A stretch of 64,000 bases of DNA, taken from positions 5,723 to 69,722 of the forward strand of contig JAJFGZ010000002.1 in NCBI GenBank assembly GCA_021775855.1, written 5' to 3'. The position numbers were made by a program, and so were the translations under genes. Positions 46,717 to 59,600 of the stretch are shown in pieces. The DNA is from Hyphomicrobiales bacterium (GTDB taxonomy: Bacteria > Pseudomonadota > Alphaproteobacteria > Rhizobiales > NORP267). Below the pieces are notes generated by a model. That model worked only from the letters and a program-made list of their open reading frames with translations, did not search any database and had not been told where the DNA came from. How positions within the stretch are numbered: the stretch's first letter is position 1; the number at the start of each line of letters is the position of its first letter.

Positions 46717-48111
46717 TCAGAAATGAATGGCCCGGCCATACGCGCCGAGTACACTTTCGTGCATCATCTCACTCAACGTGGGATGTGGAAAGACGGAATG
46801 CATCAATTCCTCTTCCGTTGTTTCCAGGTTCATCGCCACCACAAATCCCTGAATAAGCTCGGTCACCTCGGTGCCGACCATGTGCGCGCCCAGCAACTGT
46901 CCGGTATTTGCGTCGAATATCGTTTTGACCAGCCCATCGGCCTCCCCAAGCGCGATCGCCTTGCCGTTGGCGAGAAACGGGAATCGGCCGATTTTGACTG
47001 CAATTCCGGCTTCCTTGGCGGCTTTTTCCGTCAAACCGACAGACGCAATTTGCGGCGTGCAATAGGTGCAGCCGGGGATTTTGTCTTTCTCAACCGGGTG
47101 CGGATGCCCGCCTGCAATGGCTTCCACGCAGACAACCCCTTCGTGTTCTGCTTTGTGGGCCAGCATGGGCGGACCCGCCACATCACCGATGGCGTAGATG
47201 CCGGGAACATTTGTGCGGCCTAAATTGTCGGCAACAATGGTGCCGCGATCGGTTTTTATTTTGAGGGCTTCCAGGCCGAGGTCTTCGATATTGCCGACAA
47301 CGCCGACCGCGGCGATGACCCGGTCGACGGTCAGTTTATGGGCCTTGCCGTCCTTGTCTGTGATGTTGGCTTCCACACTGTCCTTGCCCTTTTTGAGCCC
47401 GTCGACCTTGGCGGAGGACATGATCTTGATGCCCTGTTTTTCGAACCTTTTCCGAGCGATTGCGGCGATTTCCTCATCTTCCACTGGAAGTATCTGCGGC
47501 AATAGCTCGACGACGGTTACGTCCGCGCCAAGGGTCGCGAAAAAGGAGGCAAATTCGATCCCGATCGCGCCCGATCCGATGACCAGCAAAGATTTTGGCA
47601 TTTTTTCCGGCACCATGGCTTCGAAATAGGTCCAGATCAGCTTCTTGTCCGGCTCAAGGCCGGGCAAAACGCGTGGTCGGGCGCCAGTGGCGACGATTAT
47701 ATGCTTGGCCAGAACCTCGCCCGCATCCTTGCCTGTGACCGCGATTTTACCGATAGCGGTTATTTTTGCCTCTCCGTCGATCACCTTGATTTTGTTTTTC
47801 TTCATGAGATGGCCGACGCCACCGTTTAGTTGTTTGGAGATACCACGGGAGCGCTCGACGATTTTTTTCAGGTCGAAACCGGTCTTGCCCGCCGACAGGC
47901 CGTAATCTTCCGCATGCTGTATATGGTGGTATATTTCGGCTGAGCGGAGCAACGCTTTGGTCGGGATGCAGCCCCAGTTGAGGCAAATGCCTCCAAGGTA
48001 CGCGCGCTCGATCACAACCGTCTTGAGGCCCAGTTGAGCAGCCCGGATGGCCGCCACATACCCGCCGGGACCGCCGCCGATGATAGCTACGTCGAACTGA
48101 TTTTCTGCCAT
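46717..48111 (-). CDS. lpdA: Dihydrolipoyl dehydrogenase (E3)
   Basis: The FAD motif is IIGGGPGGY, the redox disulfide is GGICLNWGCIPTK, and the C-terminal motif is HPTLSE. Confidence 0.93.
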   Translation of the reverse strand: MAENQFDVAIIGGGPGGYVAAIRAAQLGLKTVVIERAYLGGICLNWGCIPTKALLRSAEIYHHIQHAEDYGLSAGKTGFDLKKIVERSRGISKQLNGGVGHLMKKNKIKVIDGEAKITAIGKIAVTGKDAGEVLAKHIIVATGARPRVLPGLEPDKKLIWTYFEAMVPEKMPKSLLVIGSGAIGIEFASFFATLGADVTVVELLPQILPVEDEEIAAIARKRFEKQGIKIMSSAKVDGLKKGKDSVEANITDKDGKAHKLTVDRVIAAVGVVGNIEDLGLEALKIKTDRGTIVADNLGRTNVPGIYAIGDVAGPPMLAHKAEHEGVVCVEAIAGGHPHPVEKDKIPGCTYCTPQIASVGLTEKAAKEAGIAVKIGRFPFLANGKAIALGEADGLVKTIFDANTGQLLGAHMVGTEVTELIQGFVVAMNLETTEEELMHSVFPHPTLSEMMHESVLGAYGRAIHF

Positions 48112-48126
48112 GGCTCAAACTCTGCC

Positions 48127-48549
48127 TCAGGGATGGAGAATCTTGTTGTGCGACCAGCCGCCAATCGTAGTGATTGCGAGAATGGCCCACCCGAAAAATT
48201 CCGCGCCAGGCGCCGGGCCAAAACTGCGGAACCCGGCAACGACGATGACCAGTATCAGGCCAGTCCCCAAGCCGATTAAAATCGCTGCGCGGGAAGACAT
48301 CTGTCCGCGTTTGCGGTCATAAAGAAACCAGATCGGCAGCCAGATCAACAGCCCATAGACGCTTGCATATATGGGAAACACGACGACCGCCGCTCCTGTG
48401 CCAAAACCGGTCTGGCTAATCCCCATGACGCGGGTGACGAACATCAACCAGAGGAACGCCACCGCGAACCCGATGGCCGGAAACAGAATCAGGCCAACCA
48501 AATGCCGCAACACCGTGCCGCTCGGTTTTTCGCCGTGCGCGATGCTCAT
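48127..48549 (-). CDS. Four-TM membrane protein of unknown function embedded in the pdh operon
   Basis: 140 aa. The start forms an ATGA overlap with the pdhC stop at 48546-48549, and the gene ends 15 nt before the lpd start. Hydrophobic segments include LVGLILFPAIGFAVAFLWLMFV and VVVFPIYASVYGLLIWLPIWFLY. Confidence 0.6.
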   Translation of the reverse strand: MSIAHGEKPSGTVLRHLVGLILFPAIGFAVAFLWLMFVTRVMGISQTGFGTGAAVVVFPIYASVYGLLIWLPIWFLYDRKRGQMSSRAAILIGLGTGLILVIVVAGFRSFGPAPGAEFFGWAILAITTIGGWSHNKILHP

Positions 48550-49850
48550 ACGAACATCCGGACCGGCTTTTCGATAAAGCCCTTGAAGGCCGCAAGCAAT
48601 TCCGCGCCCAACGCGCCGTCGACCACCCGATGGTCGCAGGAAAGCGTCGCCGACATGATGGTCGCGACCGCAACCTCACCGTCCTTGACAACAGGGCGTG
48701 GGGTCCCTGCCCCGACCGCCAGAATGGTGCCGTGGGGCGGATTGATCACGGCGGAGAATTCGCGGATACCGAACATGCCGAGGTTGGAAACGGCGGTAGC
48801 CCCGCCCTGGTATTCGTGAGGCGCAAGTTTCTTGTTTCGGGCGCGGCCCGCAAGGTCCTTCATCTCGTTGGAGATGGTCGACAGGGTTTTTTCGTCGGCG
48901 CTGCGGATAACCGGCGTGAACAATCCATCCTCGACCGCCACGGCGACACCTACATCGGAATGCTTGTGGATCAGCCGGGCATCGTCGGTCCAGGTAGCGT
49001 TGGCCATTGGGGTCACTTTCAGCGCCATTGCGAGCGCCTTGATGACAAAGTCGTTGACCGAAACCCTGTAAGCCGGTTTGCCGTCGGTTTCAGGCGCCTG
49101 GCCATTTATGTCTTTGCGCATGGCCAACAATTTGTCGAGTTCGCACTCAATCGTGAGGTAGAAATGCGGCACCGTTTGCTTGGATTCAGTTAACCGCTCC
49201 GCGACGATCTTGCGCATTGCGTTGTGGGGGATCTCTTCGTAACTGCCATCCTCGTACATGGCCCGGATCTTGTCGCCGGACATGCTTGTGGCCATGGGGG
49301 AGCTGGCGGCAAACGGCGCAGCCTTGGCGCCACCGGATTTGAGCGCCGCTTCCACGTCGCGCTTGATGATCCGCCCCTTTGGCCCGGACCCGCTGATTGC
49401 AGCAAGGTCGAGACCCTCGGCGGCCGCGATGCGGCGCGCCAGGGGTGAGGCGAACACCCGCGCGCCGCCATTGATGGCGATGGACGGTGCGGCCAAGGGC
49501 TCGGGGGCAGCAGCAGGCGACGGCACGGCTGATGGCGCGGGTTGGTCGGGTACCGGGGAGGCCTTTGGCGCGCCAGCCGATGAAGCCTTGATCGCCGACG
49601 CGTCTTCGCCGTCTTCCAGTAAAACCGCGATCAGCTGGTTAACGGGCACATCCACCGTTCCTTCGGCGATCAGAATTTTACCAACCGTCCCTTCGTCAAT
49701 GGATTCGATCTCCATCGTCGCCTTGTCGGTCTCGATCTCGGCAATGATATCGCCGGCGCTGACGCTGTCGCCTTCCTTGACGTGCCATTTGGCAAGATTG
49801 CCCACTTCCATGGTGGGCGACAATGCTGGCATCAGGATGTCGATTGGCAT
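48546..49850 (-). CDS. pdhC: Pyruvate dehydrogenase complex dihydrolipoamide acetyltransferase (E2)
   Basis: The lipoyl domain ([15 protein letters not shown]), an Ala/Pro linker, an E3-binding domain (ASPLARRIA) and the catalytic motif CDHRVVDG are present. Confidence 0.92.
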   Translation of the reverse strand: MPIDILMPALSPTMEVGNLAKWHVKEGDSVSAGDIIAEIETDKATMEIESIDEGTVGKILIAEGTVDVPVNQLIAVLLEDGEDASAIKASSAGAPKASPVPDQPAPSAVPSPAAAPEPLAAPSIAINGGARVFASPLARRIAAAEGLDLAAISGSGPKGRIIKRDVEAALKSGGAKAAPFAASSPMATSMSGDKIRAMYEDGSYEEIPHNAMRKIVAERLTESKQTVPHFYLTIECELDKLLAMRKDINGQAPETDGKPAYRVSVNDFVIKALAMALKVTPMANATWTDDARLIHKHSDVGVAVAVEDGLFTPVIRSADEKTLSTISNEMKDLAGRARNKKLAPHEYQGGATAVSNLGMFGIREFSAVINPPHGTILAVGAGTPRPVVKDGEVAVATIMSATLSCDHRVVDGALGAELLAAFKGFIEKPVRMFV

Positions 49851-49859
49851 GCAGCCCTC

Positions 49860-51224
49860 CTAACGGTAAGAGACGGATTTCACCGCCTCGATCACTTCGG
49901 CGGTGTTTGGCAATGCTAGCTTTTCAAGATTGGCAGCGTACGGCATGGGGACATCCTTGCCGGCAACAGTTGCCGGCGGCGCGTCGAGATAATCGAAGGC
50001 TTGTTGGGTGACACGGGCGGCAATTTCGGCTGAGACGCCGCATTGGGGCCAGCCCTCCTCGACGATCACGATGCGTCCGGTTTTGCGGACCGAAGTGAGG
50101 ATCGTTTCCATATCCATCGGACGGATGGTCCTCAGATCGATCAATTCCACATCCACCCCGTCGGCGGTCAATTGCCCGGTCGCCTCGAGGGCGTAGGTCA
50201 TGGCGTGGGACCAGGCAACCAAAGTGACGTCCGCACCGGGGCGCTCGATTTTCGCCTTGCCGATGGGAACGATCCAGTCCTCGATATCCGGCACTTCAAA
50301 GGTCTGGCCGTAGAGAATCTCGTTTTCCAGAAAAATAACCGGGTTGGGATCGCGGATCGCGGATTTAAGCAAGCCCTTGGCGTCTGCAGCGCTATAGGGC
50401 GAGACGACCTTGAGGCCGGGCACATTGGCGTACCAGGGGGCGTAATCCTGACTGTGCTGCGCGCCGACCCGGGCGGCTGCTCCGTTGGCTCCACGAAACA
50501 CGATCGAACAACCCAACTGGCCGCCCGACATGTATAGGGTTTTCGCGGCCGAATTGATGATGTGATCAATCGCCTGCATGGCGAAATTGAAGGTCATGAA
50601 TTCAACAATAGGTTTTAGCCCGGAGAGCGCCGCGCCTGTCGCAAGGCCGGTAAAGCCGTGTTCGGTAATAGGTGTATCGATGACCCGCTCTGGCCCGAAT
50701 TCTTCGAGCATGCCCTGGCTGATCTTGTAGGCACCCTGGTATTCGGCCACCTCTTCGCCGATCAGGAACACATCCGCATCTGCCCGCATTTCTTCGCGCA
50801 TGGCAGCGTTCAGGGCGTCGCGGACGGTCATTTCGACCATTGCCGTGCCCTCCGGTAGATCGGCTTCCAGGGGTACTGATACATAAGCGGGCGCGGTAAC
50901 GGGCGCTTCAACGGTTTCGCCGGCAGGGGCTGGCGCGGGGTCGGGAGCCGTGACGGGTGCCGGCGCTTCCGACGCCTCCTCGCCGTCACCCAACAATTCG
51001 GCGATCGGGGCGTTGACCGGCACGTTCTCCGTGCCTTCGGCAACCAGAATCCGGCCGACTACGCCTTCATCAACCGCTTCCACTTCCATGGTCGCTTTAT
51101 CGGTTTCAATCTCAGCGATGATATCGCCAGAAGTGACGGAATCGCCCTCTTTCACCAACCATTTGGCAAGCGTGCCTTCTTCCATGGTGGGGGACAAAGC
51201 GGGCATGAGAATTTGGACAGCCAT
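49860..51224 (-). CDS. pdhB: Pyruvate dehydrogenase E1 beta subunit with N-terminal lipoyl domain
   Basis: Start is at ATG 51224 ([17 protein letters not shown]), with GGGGGA upstream, 10 nt after the pdhA stop. The lipoyl domain is followed by the transketolase-like beta subunit. Confidence 0.92.
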   Translation of the reverse strand: MAVQILMPALSPTMEEGTLAKWLVKEGDSVTSGDIIAEIETDKATMEVEAVDEGVVGRILVAEGTENVPVNAPIAELLGDGEEASEAPAPVTAPDPAPAPAGETVEAPVTAPAYVSVPLEADLPEGTAMVEMTVRDALNAAMREEMRADADVFLIGEEVAEYQGAYKISQGMLEEFGPERVIDTPITEHGFTGLATGAALSGLKPIVEFMTFNFAMQAIDHIINSAAKTLYMSGGQLGCSIVFRGANGAAARVGAQHSQDYAPWYANVPGLKVVSPYSAADAKGLLKSAIRDPNPVIFLENEILYGQTFEVPDIEDWIVPIGKAKIERPGADVTLVAWSHAMTYALEATGQLTADGVDVELIDLRTIRPMDMETILTSVRKTGRIVIVEEGWPQCGVSAEIAARVTQQAFDYLDAPPATVAGKDVPMPYAANLEKLALPNTAEVIEAVKSVSYR

Positions 51225-51234
51225 CGAATTCCCC

Positions 51235-52302
51235 CTAAACCAGGATGTCTGTCCAGAGCTCGGCCGGATCAGGTTCCGGGCCGGTCTGGGCAAATTCTGC
51301 GGCTTCGTTCACGGTCGCCCGGATCTCTTTGTCGAAATCCTTCAGTACGGCTTCATCCGCGACGCCGGCATCGACAATCCGGACCCGGCATTGCTCGATC
51401 GGGTCGTGGTGTTCGCGCATATCCTTGACTTCGTCGCGGCTCCTATATTTGGCCGGATCGGACATGGAATGGCCGCGATAGCGGTAGGTACGCATTTCGA
51501 GAATATAAGGTCCTTCGCCGTCCCGGCAATGTGCCAGAGCCCGGGCACCGGCGGCGCGCACGGCACGCACATCCATCCCGTCGACCTGTTCGCCGGGGAT
51601 GCCGTACACCGAGCCGCGATTGTAAAGCTCTTCAGATTTAGCCGCCGCACGGGTCACCGATGTACCCATGGCGTATTGGTTATTTTCGAGAACGTAGATG
51701 ACCGGCAATTTCCACAGCGCGGCCATATTGAAGCTCTCGTAGACCTGCCCCTGGTTGAGCGCGCCTTCGCCGAAATAGGTCATCGAGACTGAACCGTCGT
51801 CCCGGTATTTGTTGGCGAAAGCCAAACCAGTTCCAAGCGAGACCTGGGCGCCGACGATACCGTGGCCGCCGTAGAAATTTTTCTCCCGCGAGAACATGTG
51901 CATGGACCCGCCTTTGCCACGGGAATACCCGGTCGCCCGGCCGGTCAATTCCGCCATAACGCCTTTCGGGTCCATGTCGCAAGCGAGCATGTGGCCGTGG
52001 TCGCGGTATGATGTGATGACTTGATCGCCTTCGTTTGCGGCCATCTGCATCCCCGTCACCACTGCTTCCTGGCCGATGTAGAGGTGGCAAAATCCGCCGA
52101 TAAAGCCCATGCCGTATAGCTGCCCAGCTTTTTCCTCAAAACGGCGGATAAGCAACATGCGCTTGTAGGCGTCGATTTCTTCTTCGCTGGTAAATTCAAT
52201 AGCCGTATTCGAACCGGAGGCCGGGCGCGGAGAACTGTCTTTTTTGCTGGACTGTTTCTTACTGTTTCCGCGAGATGCCGGTTTTCTTTTTGTTGCCGCC
52301 AT
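51235..52302 (-). CDS. pdhA: Pyruvate dehydrogenase E1 alpha subunit
   Basis: [32 protein letters not shown] and the ThDP-binding region [19 protein letters not shown] are present. The N-terminal tail is basic. Confidence 0.92.
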   Translation of the reverse strand: MAATKRKPASRGNSKKQSSKKDSSPRPASGSNTAIEFTSEEEIDAYKRMLLIRRFEEKAGQLYGMGFIGGFCHLYIGQEAVVTGMQMAANEGDQVITSYRDHGHMLACDMDPKGVMAELTGRATGYSRGKGGSMHMFSREKNFYGGHGIVGAQVSLGTGLAFANKYRDDGSVSMTYFGEGALNQGQVYESFNMAALWKLPVIYVLENNQYAMGTSVTRAAAKSEELYNRGSVYGIPGEQVDGMDVRAVRAAGARALAHCRDGEGPYILEMRTYRYRGHSMSDPAKYRSRDEVKDMREHHDPIEQCRVRIVDAGVADEAVLKDFDKEIRATVNEAAEFAQTGPEPDPAELWTDILV

Positions 52303-52403
52303 ATGGGTCCGCCCTGATTAACCGCTAAACGCCAAGCCTAGTGCCTTTCTTCCCTATATGGAAGCAATTGATCGGCCAAAGTGGCCTATTCAACAAGGCG
52401 CAA

Positions 52404-52721
52404 TCAGTTCAACGAGCGGAGGATGATAATTTCGTCTGGATGGGCGAGGTTGAGGATTTCCCGGGCACGTTGGTCGAGCATATCGGGGTCGAGATTGTCC
52501 GGCTGTAACAAGGCAATGCGCTGCTCCAGTCGCGCGCGCTCGAGGCGCATTGCGTCCAGATCGCTCTGCAATTCAACCACTTCCAGTTGCAATTGCTGCC
52601 AGGCGATCAACCCTCGATTTCCGTTGATCGCGTGGTAGGCAAAATAGGCAATCACAATGGTGCAAAATGCCGGAAAAAGTGAGCGTTTCACGTACCTGCT
52701 TATGGTGCGGGTATTGGTCAT
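52404..52721 (-). CDS. ftsB: Septum formation initiator (FtsB/DivIC family)
   Basis: 105 aa with one TM helix followed by a coiled coil. It sits in the conserved position between eno and pdhA. Confidence 0.8.
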   Translation of the reverse strand: MTNTRTISRYVKRSLFPAFCTIVIAYFAYHAINGNRGLIAWQQLQLEVVELQSDLDAMRLERARLEQRIALLQPDNLDPDMLDQRAREILNLAHPDEIIILRSLN

Positions 52722-52784
52722 TTCAATCCTTGTCCCGTTGCCAGGACAATGGTGATGGCGATAGGTAAACGAAAGCTAAATCAC

Positions 52785-54107
<1,323 letters not shown>

Positions 54108-54246
54108 TCATAGACGTTGGGCGAGGAAAATAAAGCCGTCATGGCACAAAAGCTCTTGCTCCAGCGCCTAAAATTGTTCCGTTTGCCGATCTCCCGCGCT
54201 TTGTGACATAAACGGGATGCTGATCAGTGACGGGACAAATTTGAAA

Positions 54247-54456
54247 ATGGATGAAACCTCGAGCAACCGCAATCAGCGGGCGATAAAGCGTGGAATTACA
54301 GTTGCGGCTTTTATTGGCCCCCTGCTCACCCTGATCAACCAATGGGAAGCCATTGCTGGGCAGGTCCCGATCGTCATGTGGAAAGTTGTCCTGACATTTA
54401 TTGTGCCCTTCTGCGTGTCATATATTTCCTCCAGAATGGCTCATCGCGAGAGTTGA
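54247..54456 (+). CDS. NrtS-like small membrane protein
   Basis: About 69 aa. [24 protein letters not shown] resembles the NrtS family (nitrate/nitrite transporter-associated) as I remember it. It ends 5 nt before queF. Confidence 0.5.
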   Translation: MDETSSNRNQRAIKRGITVAAFIGPLLTLINQWEAIAGQVPIVMWKVVLTFIVPFCVSYISSRMAHRES

Positions 54457-54461
54457 TATTC

Positions 54462-54914
54462 ATGGAACAGAACGAATTGCAACTGGGCAAGAATGCCGAG
54501 GCTCCAACGTCGCCGGATGCGGCGGTTCTCGACAGGGTTCCAAATCCGCATGTGGATTCGGACTATCTAGTGCGCTTTACCTGCCCGGAATTTACGTCGA
54601 TTTGTCCGGTGACCGGGCAACCTGATTTTGCTCACTTGGTGATCGATTTCGTTGCCGACAGATGGCTGGTTGAATCGAAGTCTCTCAAACTCTATCTGGC
54701 CTCATTTCGCAACCACGGGGCATTCCACGAAGATTGCACGGTCGCCATCGGCAAGCGGCTGGTCGACCTACTCGAGCCGAGGTTTTTCAGGATTGGTGGC
54801 TATTGGTACCCGCGCGGTGGCATCCCGATCGATGTTTTCTGGCAACATGGCAGTGTGCCGAACAATCTCTGGCTGCCGGACCAGGGCGTCGCGCCGTACC
54901 GGGGACGTGGCTGA
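54462..54914 (+). CDS. queF: NADPH-dependent 7-cyano-7-deazaguanine (preQ0) reductase, type I
   Basis: 150 aa with the nucleophile context [14 protein letters not shown] and the motif ESKSLKLYL. Confidence 0.9.
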   Translation: MEQNELQLGKNAEAPTSPDAAVLDRVPNPHVDSDYLVRFTCPEFTSICPVTGQPDFAHLVIDFVADRWLVESKSLKLYLASFRNHGAFHEDCTVAIGKRLVDLLEPRFFRIGGYWYPRGGIPIDVFWQHGSVPNNLWLPDQGVAPYRGRG

Positions 54915-54919
54915 GGCCC

Positions 54920-55897
54920 ATGGCAACACTGGTCCTAACCAACGGCGACACAGCCGCAGATCTTTTAACCGAAGCCGGTAAGAAAGCAGTCATCGAACCC
55001 TGGCGGGATTGCCTGCATCTGGGTCCGGTTCCTTTGACAAATTCTGATAAAGGCCTTCGGGACATCAGGGCTAATTTTTTATCAGACGCTTTTGAGGGTG
55101 ATGAAGGCGATATCCTGGCGGGCATGGCCGCACGCGACGGATTGATCGAGTTACATGAGAAATTCGACCAGATTGAACTCTGGTTCGAACACGATCTGTA
55201 CGACCAGTTGCAACTCATTCAGATCCTGGACATGTTGACAAATGCCGGGCGCAAAAAGCATGTTTCCCTCATCCAGGCGTCTGTGTATCTGGGCATGCAG
55301 TCGCCCGAAACGATCCTCGATCTCGCACATGAATCTGTTGACGTTGACGAGGATATGTTTTCGGACGCGCAACGAGTTTGGCGGGCGTTCCGGGCGGACG
55401 CGCCGGTCGAATTTGCAGGCTGCCTCGCCGATGGATTTCCCAAACTACCATATCTGAACAAAGCCATATCACGGATGCTCGAGGAACTTCCGAGATCCGA
55501 TGGTTTGAACCGCACGGAACGACAAATGTTGTTCTGTATCAGTCGCGGTATAAACCGTCCCGGCCCGCTCTTTGCCCGCACCATGGCGATGGAGGAAGCG
55601 GCGTTCTGGGGTGACACCGGGTTTTTCACAATACTCGCCCATCTGGCTGGCTGCCCTGCACCTCTGGTGGAAGGATTGTCCGAGCCGTTCGCGGCTGGAT
55701 TGCTTCAAGACGACGATCGGCGCAAAGCCTTTATTACAGGCGAAATCGACCTGACGGACGTGGGCCTAGCGGTACTCCGTGGCGAAAAGGATCACACAGG
55801 CCTGAACCCGGTCGATCGCTGGATCGGTGGCACCCATGTCACCAACAACAATCTGTGGCGGTGGGATTCCGAAACGGCAAAACTCACGGCGCCATAA
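54920..55897 (+). CDS. DUF1835 domain-containing protein
   Basis: Start is at ATG 54920 (MATLVLTNGDTAADLL), 5 nt after the queF stop. The N-terminal pattern and ELWFEHDLYDQLQL are typical of DUF1835 as I remember it. Confidence 0.65.
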   Translation: MATLVLTNGDTAADLLTEAGKKAVIEPWRDCLHLGPVPLTNSDKGLRDIRANFLSDAFEGDEGDILAGMAARDGLIELHEKFDQIELWFEHDLYDQLQLIQILDMLTNAGRKKHVSLIQASVYLGMQSPETILDLAHESVDVDEDMFSDAQRVWRAFRADAPVEFAGCLADGFPKLPYLNKAISRMLEELPRSDGLNRTERQMLFCISRGINRPGPLFARTMAMEEAAFWGDTGFFTILAHLAGCPAPLVEGLSEPFAAGLLQDDDRRKAFITGEIDLTDVGLAVLRGEKDHTGLNPVDRWIGGTHVTNNNLWRWDSETAKLTAP

Positions 55898-56096
55898 TAG
55901 TTCGCGCGACTTTTTTCTCATAAAGAGTGCACAAATTTCAAAATTTGATCCAGATCAATGAGTGCCCCTGCAGATTCATCCACATTAGACGCGTACCAAG
56001 TGGAGATTCTTGCCGATTTCACTATTCCAGATGTAGTTTCAACCATCGCCCGCATGGTTTTTTCTACAGGAATATGATCTTCCCCCGGCAAGATAA

Positions 56097-56134
56097 GCCG
56101 CCGCAGCCTACCCGGCTGCGGCGGCTCTCTTTTT
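56097..56134 (+). terminator. Strong intrinsic terminator (plus-strand polarity; possibly bidirectional)
   Basis: A perfect 12-bp GC-rich stem pairs GCCGCCGCAGCC (56097-56108) with GGCTGCGGCGGC (56114-56125) around a 5-nt loop. TCTCTTTTT follows at 56126-56134. The right arm and loop lie inside the last codons of kdsA. On the minus strand the stem is followed by TTATCTT. Confidence 0.6.
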
Positions 56135-56941
56135 GGCAAGAGCATCAAACGCCATCAAATCGCTCAACAGGGCTTCGAGTTCGTTGAGAGGCACCATGTT
56201 TGGGCCGTCTGACGGCGCGCTATCAGGGTCCTGGTGGGTTTCGATAAAGACCGCCGCCACACCGACCGCAACGGCTGCACGCGCCAACACGGGAACGAAT
56301 TCCCGCTGCCCGCCGCTGGTCCCGCCCTGACCGCCCGGCTGCTGCACCGAGTGGGTCGCGTCGAATACGACAGGGCACCCGGTGTCGCGTAAAACAGGAA
56401 GCGCACGCATATCAGATACAAGCGTGTTGTAACCGAAACTCGCCCCACGCTCTGTGAGTAGGATATTGTCGTTACCGGCATTTTTCAGCTTGGCAACCAC
56501 GTTGGCCATGTCCCAGGGCGCCAGGAACTGCCCCTTTTTGACGTTGACTGTTTTGCCTGTCGCTGCGGCGGCCAGCAACAGATCGGTCTGGCGGCAGAGG
56601 AAGGCCGGGATCTGCAACACATCTACAGCTTCTGCAACGATCGCGCATTGCGCCGGATCGTGGACGTCGGTCACGACCGGCAGACCGGTTGTTTCGCGGA
56701 TTTCGGCAAAAATCGGTAGTGCATTCTCAAGGCCCAGACCACGCGGGCTGTCGAGGCTTGTCCGGTTGGCCTTGTCAAACGACGACTTGTAAATCAGCCC
56801 GATGCCGAGACGCTCGGAAATCTCTTTCAACGCTGCCGCCATTTCAAGGGCGTGGTCCCGGCTCTCCAGTGCGCACGGCCCGGCAAGAACCGTTAGCGGT
56901 TTGTCGTTTCCGATTTCAAGCGGACCAACGTTCACTGTCAT
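56108..56941 (-). CDS. kdsA: 3-deoxy-8-phosphooctulonate (KDO-8-P) synthase
   Basis: 277 aa with [16 protein letters not shown] and FDATHSVQ motifs. Confidence 0.93.
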   Translation of the reverse strand: MTVNVGPLEIGNDKPLTVLAGPCALESRDHALEMAAALKEISERLGIGLIYKSSFDKANRTSLDSPRGLGLENALPIFAEIRETTGLPVVTDVHDPAQCAIVAEAVDVLQIPAFLCRQTDLLLAAAATGKTVNVKKGQFLAPWDMANVVAKLKNAGNDNILLTERGASFGYNTLVSDMRALPVLRDTGCPVVFDATHSVQQPGGQGGTSGGQREFVPVLARAAVAVGVAAVFIETHQDPDSAPSDGPNMVPLNELEALLSDLMAFDALAKKRAAAAG

Positions 56942-57016
56942 GCCTATTGCCTCTCGAAGCTAAAGCGGATTCCCGGGCGACATATATTGCAATTGCCGCC
57001 GGGATGCGAGCGTGGA

Positions 57017-57880
57017 TCAGGCCTGCTCCAGGATAATTGCCGTGCCCATGGTTTCAGACACCGGAAAAAGGATTTCCTTGTCCCGGTCTGCAAAGGAAAG
57101 CCCATTGTCGCTGGCACATTTTTTCGCCTCGGAAAGACTGGCGACCGCGATGCGAAATCCCCTGAGATACGGCGCATCAAACGCGGGGTTTGGTGCGCCC
57201 CATATTTCAGCGCTTCTGGACGGGGTCTGGACCGCAATCCGGCCCCTTGGGGTCTCGACGAGAAGTTCGTCCGGTCCTGCCGTTGTCGTTTTGCTACCGG
57301 AAAATCCTGTCAGAAATTTCGCGTGGGATCCCGGGTCGGCGGATACCATTGCGACCTCGGTGACCGCCTTGGCGGTGTTCGGGTGGCTCTGGTATTCCTT
57401 TTTCCAGAAATATTGCGGTGCATGGTGCTGACAGGAAAAATAGCCAATATCCGGGGTCGTATCGTCTCCAACAAAGGCCAGCGAGAAGGATACCGTGACG
57501 GCTTCTCCTGATGGTAAAATTGCCTGGCGGGAAAAGCCGAACGGCTCGTATACCTTCAAACCGCCGGATCGAAAATCCTGAAGATCGCCGTCCCTGTCGG
57601 TGCTTTCCAGCACCATCATGGAAAAGCCCTCTCCGCGCTTCAGGAATGCCTCGGCAAATCGTCCGAACGAAAATTCATTTTCTTTGGGATCAATCAGCAA
57701 TTCAGGGCGGTCCACGGTCAAGACTTCGATGAAGCTGCCGTCCAACTGGACCAGAAAATTGGCCGTTCCCCAGTCGTGCTGGCCTTTTGGCGTGCATGTA
57801 AATCCGAGGCCGGTATAAACCTCTCGGGCTTTGTCGAGGTCCCGGACTGCCGGCACCAGATGATCTATTCCTCTGGCCAT
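57017..57880 (-). CDS. VOC (glyoxalase/dioxygenase-fold) family protein
   Basis: 287 aa. The N-terminus GIDHLVPAVRDLDKAREVYTGLGF is a typical VOC beta-alpha-beta-beta-beta module. The start lies 2 nt after the pyrG stop. Confidence 0.7.
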   Translation of the reverse strand: MARGIDHLVPAVRDLDKAREVYTGLGFTCTPKGQHDWGTANFLVQLDGSFIEVLTVDRPELLIDPKENEFSFGRFAEAFLKRGEGFSMMVLESTDRDGDLQDFRSGGLKVYEPFGFSRQAILPSGEAVTVSFSLAFVGDDTTPDIGYFSCQHHAPQYFWKKEYQSHPNTAKAVTEVAMVSADPGSHAKFLTGFSGSKTTTAGPDELLVETPRGRIAVQTPSRSAEIWGAPNPAFDAPYLRGFRIAVASLSEAKKCASDNGLSFADRDKEILFPVSETMGTAIILEQA

Positions 57881-57882
57881 GA

Positions 57883-59586
<1,704 letters not shown>

Positions 59587-59600
59587 CTACCTCAGCATGA

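Noticed and set aside
46459-47223. 254-aa plus-strand ORF
   Set aside because: It is antisense to the GlsB-like gene and the 3' part of lpd. It is a shadow frame.
50950-51792. 280-aa plus-strand ORF
   Set aside because: It is antisense to the pdhB/pdhA junction, and both minus-strand genes are certain.
55918-56187. Overlapping 76-aa (minus) and 86-aa (plus) ORFs in the AT-rich spacer before kdsA
   Set aside because: The plus-strand frame reads straight through a 12-bp terminator stem and into kdsA antisense. The minus-strand frame begins inside kdsA and has no Shine-Dalgarno sequence at its internal ATG (56055). Neither looks like a protein, so I report the region as a possible sRNA/3' UTR.
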